From Parvularia atlantis (Eukaryota): a DNA stretch of 64,000 nt. Where the stretch lies: contig CALSCO010000901.1 in the NCBI GenBank assembly GCA_943704415.1, positions 1 through 64,000 on the forward strand, read 5' to 3'. Position numbers and translations under genes: made by a program. The notes beneath the pieces are model-generated. The model saw only the letters and a list, made by a program, of their open reading frames with translations, had not been told where the DNA came from and searched no databases. Below are positions 34,623-46,600 of this stretch, piece after piece (the stretch's first letter is position 1; the number at the start of each line of letters is the position of its first letter).

Positions 34623-36155
34623 ATGGCGGCGGTGTGCATTGCGCGCACTCGCATGCTCGCCCCTGATGCGCCACGCCCCCCAGGCGTCCTTCGAGGCCGA
34701 GATCGAGGGCCAGGCCCGCCGCGAGGCCAAGGTGCAGCTGCGCGCGGCCAATATGCGCGCGGGCGACGACCGGCCCGGTGCGGTCCCTGAGGCGGCGCGG
34801 TTCGCGTGCCGATGGCCTGAGCCGCATCCCGCCCCGCAGACGAGGCACGCCTCGACGGCAACATCAAAAGGAACTCGGCGTTTATCAAAAAGCTGCGTGA
34901 GATCAGCGACAAGCAGCGCGAGCCCCTGCTCAAGGAGATGGCCACGCTCAAGCTGCAAAAGTACCTCTCGGAAGGTTGCCGCCGTCGGCGAAGCATCGCA
35001 TGTTCTCGCGCTGACCGTCCCGCCCCGCGCAGCCGTCGCGGCCATCGCAGACGTGCGCCTCAAGACCGCCGGCGACGTCGACACGGCCGTGCAGGTGCGC
35101 AACGAAACCGTGCATGCGTGGCACGAGGCTGACGGTGCGCCACCAGATCTGCTCGCAGCTGCACCAGCGCTACCCCGAGTTCAGCTCGATGATCGTCGCG
35201 GCGCTGCAAGGCGCGCTCGTGGTGCCGCGCGGCGCGGAGAAGGAGGAGGACCAGGCGGCCCGCGTCGCGCGGCAGCGGCCGTGTCTGCGCCTGCTGGCCG
35301 AGCTGCTGCTTGTCGGCGTGTGCTCGGACCACATGGTTCTGTACAACGCGATGCGGCAGCTGGTGCGTGCAGGTGCCGTGCACAGCGCCCGCGCGTCGGC
35401 CTCATGGTGGCGCAGTTTGTGCAGGAGCGCGACGTCGTGAGCATGTTGCCGCTCGCTGTGTCGTTCGCCAAGGCCGTCAACGTCGACCTGCTCGGGCTGA
35501 CGCCGCGGGGCGCGCGGCCCGTGCCCGAGGTCCGTGCCGCACTTGTGGAAACCCGGCTCTGTGCTGACGGCGCACGCGCGCACGCAGCCGTCGCCGTTCG
35601 GCCTGACGAGGGAGCAGCAGGGCGCGTTTCTATCACTGATGCGCTCGTACTTTGCCAGCGTCGGCCAGAAGCTCGTCGACGAGCACAAGGCGCTGCAGCA
35701 GCTCGAGCGCGAGATCCACAACCAAGAGAACACGCGCGGCGACGCGACGGCCGACACCAAGGCCGCGTACGAGCGCACGCACAAGGCCTACGAGAAGCTC
35801 GGGGCGAGCGTGCAGACGTGCGCAACAGACCGCGCATCGGCAGTCGCTGGTCACTGACGCCGCTGCTGCTGTAGCCTTGCGGAAGCGCTCGACACCGCGA
35901 TGCCGGCGCTGCCCGAGGACGAGAAGCGCACGCGGGTGGCGGCGTCGTCGGGCGTCGTCGTGGTCGCACCGACGGGGCCGGCGCAGGCGGACGATGTGCG
36001 CACTGCTCGTGTGCTCGCTACCGCACTCACTCATGCACGGACGTGTGCGTGGGACGCAAGGCCGCTTTGGAGACGGCGCTGTTTGAGAACGAGGACACGC
36101 GCACGTTCTACGAGGATCTGCCGGACGTGCTCACACTCGCGCCCGGCGTCCTGCT

Positions 36156-36188
<33 letters not shown>

Positions 36189-39100
36189 TGCGACGGCGCC
36201 CGGCGAGCCGGCTGAGGGGACGGCCGCACCGGTGCCGACCGAGTTGACCAAGGAGGATGTTCGCGAGGTGCGTCTCTGCGTGCGACGTGACAGTCGCTCA
36301 AGCTCGTCTGGCGTGCGCGCAGCTCAGCGTCGCCGGCACCGAGGACGACGGCGCGGCGCGTGCAGCGGCGGCAACCGACAAGAGCATGCGTGGCTTGCGG
36401 GCGCGATCGCAGGCTGATAAGCGCGCCGCAGACAACCAGCTCGAGGTGCTGCTGCAGCGTATCGTGAGCACGGGCAACCGCGAGCAGATTGACCGGTGCG
36501 CGCTCGACTTTTGCCTGTACAACAGCAAGAATAGCCGCAAGCGCCTCGTTAAGGCACGTGGCCTGCGCTCTTCGTGTGCGTGTGTGCGTGTACGTGTGCG
36601 TGACAGCCCGCACCCCAGGTGCTGTCAAACCTCGCGCGCGTCCACCTCGACAACGTCCCGTACTACGCGCGTCTCATCGCCACGCTCAACGCTTGCCTGC
36701 CCGAGATTGGGCTATCGATCGTGAGCATTGTGCGTGCCGCGTGCCCTCGCTCCCGTGCCGCGCGCGCTGCTAATACCGCGGCCCGGCGCAGCTCGAGGAG
36801 GAGTTCAAGCTGCTCTTTGCCAAGAAGGAGACGGCGCCGCTCGAGCACCGCTTAAAGGTGCTTGGCGAGGCGGGAGCGTGTGTGTGCTCATGCCATGCGC
36901 GCAGAACATCAGGTTTGTGGGCGAGCTGGTCAAGTTCCGCGTGTGCCCGGTCGGGAGCGTGTTTTTCATCATCAAGGTCGCGCACGCGCACGACGCTCAG
37001 CGGCCGATCCGGAGCTCACGCACCGCGCAGACGCTGCTGGACGACTTCTCGCCAACGAGCGTGGAGCTGCTGTGCGTGCTGCTCGAGACGTGCGGGCGCT
37101 TCCTGTACCGGACGCCCGGCACGCAAGTGCGTACGTCCAACATGGTCCGCGCCGTCACGCGCTCGCGCGACACGCGCGATGGCTGACGCCTGCGCGCCAG
37201 CTTGACATCATGATGCGCAAGCGCACGGCCCTGCACCTCGACAGCCGCATGACGATGATGGTCGAAAACGCGTTCTATGCCGTGCGTTGCGCGCGGGCGA
37301 TCGCGCGGGGCGGCTAATACCGACACGTGCTCGGTCCGCGCAGTGCAACCCGCCCACGACGACCGCGCGGCGCGTCAAGGAGCGGCCGGTCCTGCACGAG
37401 TACATCCGCAGGCTGCTGTTTTCGGACCTGCGCGACGGCACAGTCGAGAAGGTGCTGGACAAGATGCGGCGGATGCCGTGGGACGACAAGACGGCACGCG
37501 CTGCTCGCCGTTGGCGTGGCCGCCGCTGAGCGTGTGCACGCGTGCACGTAGGTGTACGGCTACCTCGTGCGGCGCTTTGTCAAGGTGTGGAAGTACCGGT
37601 ACTCATCGCTGCACCTGGTCGGGTTCATTGTCGGTTCGCTGCGGCGGCACCACGACAATTTTTGCGTGTCTGTGGTTGACTCGGTACTGGAGGAGATCCG
37701 AGTGGGCCTGGAGGTGCGCCCGCTGTGTGTGTCGCTTCGCCGGCCTCTGCTTGAGCCCGCTGCGCCCGCAGGAGAACGACTACCGGCACAACCAGCGCCG
37801 CGTGGCCGTCATCCGCTACCTCGGCGAGCTGTACAACTTCCGCGTGATCGAGTCGGACACGCTGTTTGACGTGCTGCACCTGCTGCTGCGCTTCGGGCAC
37901 CGTGCGTCACCGCTGCGCGTTGTTGCGTGCCGCTGCCTGATGCTCGGGCGCAGCCGGCGGCCGGGCCCTGCGCGACCAGGTGGCGCCGCTAGACTCGCCT
38001 GACGACTTTTTCCGCGTGCGGCTGGTGCGTTCATGCGTTGGCCGCGCGCTCCGCTACTCATGATCGGCACGCAGGTGTGCACTCTGCTGGACGCGTCAGG
38101 CGACTGCCTCACGGACAGCAAGGACCGCGTCAAGGTCGACATCTTCCTCGTGTACCTGCAGGTGCGTTGTGCGCACGGTGCGCGCGATGGCCGACCGCGC
38201 GCTGCGTCAGCGCTACGTGCTCACAAAGGGCGAGATGCCGCGCGACGTCGAGTTTATGCTGCAGGACACGCTCGAGGTGCGTCGTGGGTGCCTGATGCGG
38301 CGCCCGTTGTGACGCGCCGCGTGCGCAGCTGCTCCGGCCCAAGCTCGTGTTTGTGCAGGACTACGACCAGGCGTGTCGCGAGGTCGAGCGCGTGGAGAAG
38401 GAGGTGGCCGAGCAGCTGCAGGGTGCGTGGCGGCCTGCCAACCCTCGCGGCGTGTTTTGAGCGGGAGCGCAGTCATGGCGGTGTCACGCGCGCCTGCGGA
38501 CGACGCCGACGATGCCGCGAGCGCTGCGCCCGACGAGGACGTGGACGACGCCGATATGGCCGCGCTGCGTCGCGGGCACGTTGCCGCAAACAACGCTAGC
38601 GACGACAGCGACGGCAACGACGACGACGAGGTGACGCGCAACGCGGATCGCTGCCGGGCCTTTGTTGACCCAAGGCGACGCGCGCAGAACGGCGACGATT
38701 TTGACGACGACGAGGACGACGAGGCCGAGGGCGACGCGTTAGCAGACGGCGACGAGGCCGACGGCGCCGCCGCGCGCACGTCGCCCGAGGATGATGCGTT
38801 TGCGGCCGAGCTGGCTAAGCTGATGACCGAGACGCTCGAGCAGGTGCGGGTGGCCGAGCGTGCGGTGCGTGCGCTCATCTCCCGGCACAGCGACGCAGAG
38901 AGGTCGTGTCGCGCGGTGCCGAGCTGCCCGCCGTGACGAACATCTTCGGGTCGGGCGAGCGGCGCGCGCCCGAGACGGACGAGCAGGGCAACGTGATCTT
39001 CAAGGTGCTCACGAAGCGCGGGCAAAAGCAGCAGGTGCGCACCACTGCAGCGCGCGCGCTCAGGCGACGGTCGCTCACCGCTGCCCGACAAGGCCAAGGC

Positions 39101-39497
39101 GGTGGCAGTGCCGGCGTCGTCGCACCTCGTGACGCAGTCTCAGGCGTCGGCCGACGAGATGCAGCGCGAGCAGCAGCAGCTCAAGCGCATCGTGCTCAAC
39201 TACGAGCAGCGCGAGGAGAACCGCGTCGGTGTGATTCGGATGCCTGCGCGGCGCGCTGCTCACAACGGCGCAGACAATTACGCGCGCTCTGCTGCTGCGC
39301 CTTCGCCTGCGCCCGCGCCCACGCCGAGCCAGCCGGCGAGCGGCCGCGGCCCACGGTCCGCCAGCCGCGGCAAGGACACACGCTTCATCTACAGCCCGCC
39401 GCAACGGTGCGCGCAGTGTGTGTGCGTGTGTGTGTGCACTGCAGCAAGGCTCACACGCGTGCCGCACGCAGCCGCTGACGTGCCCCGGCCAACGTGA
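34623..39497 (+). CDS. UPF2: Nonsense-mediated decay factor UPF2
   Basis: LDGNIKRNSAFIKKL, LKLQKYLSE, FENEDTRTFYEDLPD, NSKNSRKRLVK, NIRFVGELVKF, LLETCGRFLYR, YLGELYNFR, DDFFRVRLVCTLL, FKVLTKRGQKQQ. Last exon uncertain. Confidence 0.95.
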
Positions 39498-39612
39498 GCT
39501 GTGTGCCTACGGCGCGCGCCCCGCGGCACCAGGACGGCGCGGATTGCCACGCGCGCTCCGAGTGCACTGCAGCGGCGCCGTAATGTGTCGTTGGTACTGC
39601 GCACAGAACTGC

Positions 39613-40093
39613 TCACGATGCCATGTTCATGCGCAGGTGCATGTAGCGCCGGTCTGCGCGGGGCGCGTGAGCCGCGTGCATCGATCGGGTGGGGGCGCGG
39701 CTGCGCACGCTTGTAATCGGAGGCGGCGTTGTAGTAGCCGCGGCGCCGACTGTTGCACTCCCGCCACTGCTGCACCAAGGCTTCGCACTCGGCCGGCATA
39801 GCCGTCTGCTTGTCGCGTTCAGCAGCCGCAAAGCGCGCGCGCGCGCGCACAGGCCGCGCACGCACGGGGTCGCGCGAGATTTTGACGGTGCACGGGAACG
39901 CGGCGCGGAAGTCCGGGCCGCACGGGCCCGCGAGCGAGGACGCGAGGCACGGGCAGTTCCAGTTGATCTCGCCCGTCACCGGGTCGACCGCGCCCTTGAA
40001 CTCGGCCTCGGCCTTCGCCGCCGCTGCTGGCTGGGCCGGAGCGGGCACCGCGGCCTGCACGTAGAAGACCTGGTCCTTGGCGTCGATCGACAT
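39613..40093 (-). CDS. CHCHD4: Mitochondrial IMS import oxidoreductase Mia40/CHCHD4 (soluble type)
   Basis: GEINWNCPCL....GPCGPDFRAAFPC...C....QQWREC: CPC motif plus twin Cx9C. Confidence 0.9.
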
Positions 40094-40176
40094 GGCGCGC
40101 GGCGAACGACAAGCGCAGGAAAGATGACAAAGCGTGTACCCCACGTCTTTTGCGCGCATCGTGCCAGCCCGCGGTC

Positions 40177-43078
40177 ATGGCCGACTTGGTGAGGCGCACC
40201 CCGCGCGCGCGTCCGATGCCTGACGCCCCCGCGCGCAACGCAGGACGTTGGCGCGACACGCGAGCGCCGCGGCAGCACGCTCGTCCTGCCGCCCTCGCCG
40301 CGGCTCGACGTCGATGCGTCGAGTGACTTTGTCCAGGCCGACGACGCGGCCGATGCCGACGCCGCGCTCAAGGACGACCTCGTTGACGTGCTGGACGCGG
40401 CCGAGCCGCCGCTGCCGCTGCTGCCATCGATCGTGCTCGAGGACGCATTGCTCAACGTCGATGCCGCGGGTGCCGCGCCACTGCTGCACGGGCCGACGCC
40501 GCCCTCGCCGCGCTCCGTGCGCAGCCCTGCTTTGGCCGAGGGCGTCCCGGCGCCGCAGGCGCTGTCGCTGCCGCTACCGCTCGCCGCCTCGGCCGACGCC
40601 CCGGCCGCGCAGTCGACCGGGTCGGGTTCGCATGACCTGTTCAGCCCGTCGGTTGACTCGATGGCCGTGCCGTCGGCGTCGGCCGACCTGCTCACGTCGT
40701 TCGTCGCGGGCGCGGACCAGCAGTTTGCGGTCGACGCGCAGGCCTCGTACGAGCAGAAGGTCGTGGCGAGCATGGCCGAGGACCACCTCGACACGCTCGA
40801 AACCGAGGCCGGCGCGCGCCAGTCGGAGCAGAGCCAGACGATCCTCGACGACCTGCTCGGCGACGACGTGCCGGCCGACGAGCCCACGAGCGGCGCGCCG
40901 CTGCGGTCCGCCAACGACGAGTACGGCGCAAGCGTCGCCAGTGCGCTCGCAGCAGTCGACGCTGGCCCCGCGCCCGAGCAGCAGCCGACGCCGTTGACGA
41001 GCGAGGGCGACGCGATGGGGCTGCCAATCGACGTGCTGCCCGTCGTCGCTGTGGCCGAGCGCGAGGCCGCCGTCGCCAGCATCACAGACAAGATCCTCCT
41101 GGCGGTCGCACTTCCCGGGCCGCTCGAGCAGGCCACCGAGCCCGTGGCCGACGACAGCGCGCCCGCACCAGCCGACGCGCCGCCAGCGAGCGCACCGGCA
41201 GCCGCACCCGCAACGCCGGCTGTCGAGGCCCTGCCGAGCGCCGTCGAAGCCGCGCCGCCCGCGGTTGCAGCACCGGCCAAGCCCGCGCATCTGCCGCCGG
41301 ACGACGAGCGCCGCTGGGTCGAGTCGCTGTGGAGCGCGCCTGGGACGATCGCACCGGCCGCGCCGGCGGCGGCAGGAGGCGCAGCGTGCGTTGTTTGTGC
41401 GCGCACTGTTGCGCGGTGTCGGTGCTGAGCGTGCGGAAACGCAGACCGGCCGCGCCGCCGCTGCCGAGCGCGTTTGCGCCCATCCCGGCCGTGGACGGCC
41501 TGTCGGACCTGCTGGCCAAGCACTTTGGGGCCAACTTTAGCGTGAAGCGCGCAATGCTGACGGAAAACGACATCGAGGTGAACGAGGACGGCCTCGTGCG
41601 GTTGATGGTGCGCGCGCGCGTCTGCCGCGTTTGCGCAGCACGCTGACAACACACGTGCACGCTGATGCAAAGGCGAGCAACTCGTGGCGGGCCGTGTGCA
41701 ACCTGTCGGCGCGGCTGCTGGGCGCGCGCGACGTCAACGTCGGGCGCAGAATGCAGATCTACCTGTGCCGGATCAGCGCGCTCATGCGGCTGCACCTGTA
41801 CGAGACCGCGACGGCCGAGCTTGAGTCCCTGGGCGACCTCGACCGCGACGAGCTTTGCTGGGCGACGCAGCCGCTGCCGGCCGCGCGGGGCCGCCGCGCA
41901 TGCCACGTGCCGTTCAGCCTGCGCCTTGTCCACGCAGAGCTGCCCGCGCACCTGGAGGACCGCGCGACAACGCTGGACCGGCTGTACGTGCTGCTGATGC
42001 ACGTCCGCGGGGTGCCGTCAACGGCCTGGGCGCCGCCGTAATTGCGCGCTGACGGTCCGTGTGCGCCAGATCCTCAGCGGCTTCCGCGACGAGCCCGAGA
42101 TGGCCGCGCTCGTGGCCGACACGCCAGGTGCGCGATCGTGCAGGCAGTCGGGGCCGCTCGCTGAGGCGACCGCATCGCACAGCCGCTGTGGCGCTGTGGC
42201 GGCACCGCGAGGCGATGGTGCTCACGCTGATCGTCAACCAGCTGTACCATCTCAAGGTGGGGCACGCGCGTGCGTGACGCACCGCACCCGCTGACACGCG
42301 CCGCAGGACTACGCCGCGAGCCTGCTCGTGATGGAGTCGCTTGTCGCGCTCAACCAGGACGTGCTGGCGTACCTGTCGCAGCTGGGCCGGCTGCACCTGC
42401 AGGCACGCCGTGCATGCGCTGGCGCCCCCGTGCGGCGCTGACGGCCGCCCACACAGCTCGGCAACACCGTCGGCGCGGCGTACGTCTTTCAGCGCTACGA
42501 GAAGCGCCTCGCGCAGCGTCGCGCGTTGGGCACGGCGCCCGTGTCACGCGACGACGAGCGGCGCACCAATGTCGACAAGTGCGCGGCTGGACCACGGCGG
42601 CGCGACCTGACGCGGCTGCGCACAGAGCGTTCCTGGCGATGGCGCTGGGCAACTACGCCGATGCGGTCCTGCGCTTTGAGGAGGCATTTGCGTCGGACCC
42701 GTTTGACGTGCAGGTGTGCGTGCGGTCGTGTGCGCGTCGTGCGTCGCAGCCTCAACACGGCCCCGTGCGCGCGCGCAACAGGTGATCAACAACCTCGCCG
42801 TGGCGCACCTGTACTTGGGGCGGCTGCGGCAGGCGATCGCCGTGCTCGAGGAGGCCGTGCGGCAGGTGCGCGTGCCTGCCGCGCGTTTTGCGCAGCAGAC
42901 TGAGCGCACACACGTGCAGGACCCGCTGCGCGCGCTGCACGAGACGGTCGTGTTCAACCTATGCACGCTGTACGAGCTCGAATCGGACGCGGCCGGCGAC
43001 AAGAAGAAGAGCCTGATGCTGCAGGTGGCCAAGCACTGCGGCGACCACCTCGACCCGGCTGTGTTCAAGGGGATGTGA
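40177..43078 (+). CDS. TRAPPC12: TRAPP complex subunit 12 (TTC15), TPR protein with long acidic N-terminus
   Basis: RISALMRL...AELESLGDLD...VPFSLRLVHAELP, QLGRLHLQLG, INNLAVAHLYLGRLRQAI, VVFNLCTLYELES. Confidence 0.88.
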
Positions 43079-43087
43079 TGATGCTCA

Positions 43088-43352
43088 TCACAATGGCTTG
43101 TCTGCATCGCTGCGGCCCGCCGGCGCCGATGCACCCGGCTTGACAGGCTCGACCACGCCGAGCCAGTCGCGCAGCCGTTGCTGTCCATGCGCGTCGTCAG
43201 GCGCCCACGACATCCCCACGCGCCAGCACGCGCGCACGCACCCGGTTCTGCACGCCGCGCTCGCCCCACATCAGCCACGCCAGGTACCCGTTGAAGCCCG
43301 CCGCCGTGAAGCACCAGAGCATCGCCGAACGCATCTGGGGATCCATACTCAT
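43088..43352 (-). CDS. Small (~67 aa) hypothetical single-pass membrane protein
   Basis: MSMDPQMRSAMLWCFTAAGFNGYLAWLMWGERGVQNR|QRLRDWLGVVEPVKPG...DKPL*; one GTGCGT...CTGAC...CAG intron that keeps the frame. Confidence 0.55.
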
Positions 43353-43649
43353 GCTGTCGGTGTGAGTTGTGCTTTCGTACTCAAGCAAACTGTACACATA
43401 GTAATTACTGTGTCCGCCACGTCCATGATGCGCCGAGGCTCATACAAGCCACGCACAGAAGATGTACTTTAATGCAGAGGCTCTCCTGTCGCGCGCCACT
43501 CGCCACTCTGTCTCCTTCCCGCGCGCCACACGCCGCCCGCGCACACGTGTGCACACTGCGGATGGACGGATGGATGGGATGGGATGAGCGGATGGTCGCG
43601 GTCGCGACGCCGGGGCCACGTGGCGTTGATGACACGTCGTCGTGCAGCA

Positions 43650-46600
43650 ATGTCGAACCGGTACCTCGCCAACAAGCCGGAGAACGCGCTCAAGCGGGCA
43701 GAGGGTGCGGGGTTGCGCTGTGTGGCCCGGCGGTGTGCTGAGCGGACTGCGCGCGCCAGACCTCGTCGTCGTCGGCCAAAAGCAGACCGCGCTCGACCTG
43801 CTCCATGACACGGTCGCGGGGCGGCGGCGCGTGCCGTGGGTGCCGGCGCACGAGAAGGCACGCGCGCCACACGCCCGCCCGCGCGCACGCACACACTCAC
43901 TGGGCGCTGACGGGGGTGCGCCGCCGCAGCTCATGATGCGCTTCGTCGAGCTGTGCGTCGAGCTCAAGAAGCCCCGCATCGCGCGCGAGGGCCTGCACTC
44001 GTACAAGTACATCTGCAGCAACAGCAGCATGCCGGCGAACCAGCTGCCGTCGCTCGAGCTCGTCGTGCGGCACCTGCTCAAGCTGGCTGAGAACAACGTC
44101 GAGGGCGCGCAGGAGAAGGCCGTCAAGATTGCCTCGGACCTCGACCTTGAGGCACGTCTTGCCGAGCGTGCGCGCGCGCCATGCTGACCGCGGCGCACCG
44201 CAGGCCACCGAGACGCCCGAGTCGATCCTCATGCGCTCGGTCACGGCCGACGACGCCAAGGACCGCGCTGACCGCCAAGAGGTCTCGCCCTGGTGCGGCG
44301 TGCTCCTCGCTCTGCTCGCGCGGCTGCCGCTGACGCCGCGCGCAGGCTCCGCTTCCTGTGGGAGACGTACCGCACCGTGCTCGACGTCGTGCGCAACAAC
44401 GCCAAGCTCGAGGTGCTCTACCAGGTGCGGCGCATGGACCGGCCTCCCCAACGTCCCGGCTAACGCGCGCGCAGGACACGGCGCAGCTCGCGTTCAACTT
44501 CTGCCTCAAGTACCAGCGCAAGATGGAGTTCCGGCGCCTGTGCGAGATCATCCGCAACAACCTGGCGTACCTGATCAAGTACCCAATGTCCAAGGACGCG
44601 ATCTCGCTCAAGTGCGCTTCAGCGGCGGCGGCTGGCCCTCCTTGCGCTGTGCTGAACCGCGCCGCAGCAACCCCGAGTCGCTGCAGCTGCACCTCAACAC
44701 GCGCTTCGTCCAGCTTGACGTCGCCGTCGCGCTTGAGCTCTGGCAGGAGGCGTTCCGCTCGGTCGAGGACCTGCACACGCTCATGACCATGTCCAAGAAG
44801 CCGCCCAAGCCCGCGACCATGGCCATCTACTATGAGCAGCTGACCAAGATCTTCCTCGTGCGCGGCGGTGCCCTGTGCTGTGGGCGTGCGTGCTCACGAC
44901 GCCTGCCGCAGGTCGGCGAGAACTACGTCATGCACGCGGCCGCGTACCGCAAGTTCTTCACGACCGCGTCCAAGACCGTCGTGCGGGCCATGACGCCCGA
45001 CAACCGGCAGCAGTGCGCGCGGCCTGCAGTGCGCGGTGGGGCGCTAACAGTGCACACGGGCAGGCTCGCGTCGTCGGTGCTGCTCGCCGCGCTCGCCGTC
45101 CCGATCGAGATGTCCAACACGTGCGCACACCGCGCGTGCACCCGCCCACTGCCCGCGCGCTCACGCATCGCTCGCGCGCGCGTCACTAGCCGGCACACGC
45201 TGTACGACGCGGACGAGGCGCGCGGCCGTAGCTACCGCCTCGCCGCGCTGATCAACATCGCCAAGGTGCCCACGCGCGAGACGCTGCTCAAGGACCTGGT
45301 GCGCGCCGCCCTCACGGCCCCGCTAGGCGGAGCAGTGTCTGACGGCGGCGCGGGGCAGCTCTCGCGCGACATCCTCGAGCAGGTCAACGCGGACGTGCGC
45401 GAGCTGTTCAACATCCTCGAGGTGCACTCGAACCCGCTCACGCTGTGCAAGCAGGTGCGCCCAGGCCTGGCTGTGCCTCGCGTGCCGCCGCGCTGACATA
45501 CGCCGCGCGCCCGCAGCTCCAACCCGTGCTTGAGCAGATGAAGACCAACGAACGCACGAGTCGCTACGTCGCGCCGCTGCAGAACGTTGCCCTCACGCGC
45601 CTACTCAACCAGCTGGCGCGGTTGTACCGGGTGCGCCTGCCATCGCAGCGGCTGCGGCACCTGCTGACGTGTCTTTGCGCGCGCACAGACGATCACGATC
45701 AAGGCTGTGGCCAAGCTCGCCATCTTCTTTGACGAGTTTGCGATTGAGAAGTTTGTGGTCGAGGCGTGCAAGACGTCGGGCACGCTCGTGCGGTGCGTCA
45801 ACGTGAAACTGCGCTCGTCAGGAGCTCGACTCTGACGCGCGGACACAGGATCGACCACGCGACGCACTCGCTCGCGTTTGGCGCGGCCGTGACAGACGGC
45901 GACGACGACGAGCGCGGCGTGACGTCATTCAAGTCGTTGCAGGTGCGTCTGTGCCCGTACTCTCTCGCTCGCTTGTCGCACGTGGTCTCGGGTTCAGATG
46001 ATGCTTCCATAACGTTGCTATTCTAGAGCACCATGGTGCTGTGAAGACGCAATTATCACTACCCAATCATACTGATGAACCCTTGCCCCGCTCCTGCTCC
46101 TCTTGCTGCTGCTGCCTGCCCGCCTGTCCGCGGATTGCTGACCTCCTCGGCAGACAGCCGAGTTCCGCCTCCAGCTGACCAACCTGTCGGGTCTGATGCA
46201 GGTGAGCCGTGCGTTGGGAGCCTTTGCCGCGCGCTTGCTCATGCGCGCTGGCATAAGAGCACCATCACGAACATCCAGCCCGCCGTCACGGAGGACGAGG
46301 CTGCGCGCGCGGCCAAAGTCAGCGCCATCCTTGCCGGGGTGCGTCCGTTTTATTTTTTCTTCTAGGCCCGACGTCCGCACTCCGTGCCTGAGCCGCACAC
46401 GCGCATGCGTACAGGTCGCTGCCGAGCGCACCGCAATCCTCGAGCGCCGCGCCGAGATCGACCGCCGCCGCGAGCGGCAGGAGGCGTTGCAGCACCAGAA
46501 GGTGCGCTGCGCCAGCGAGGTGGACGCCACGATGCTGACCAGCGAGCCCGGCGAGCGCAGGAGATGGCCGAGGCGAAGGAGCGCGAGGCCCGGCTGCGCC

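Noticed and set aside
43370..43480. AT-rich patch with ATGATGC (C-box-like) and a short inverted repeat upstream of eIF3A
   Set aside because: No D box or terminal stem at a suitable distance; more simply the bidirectional promoter region.
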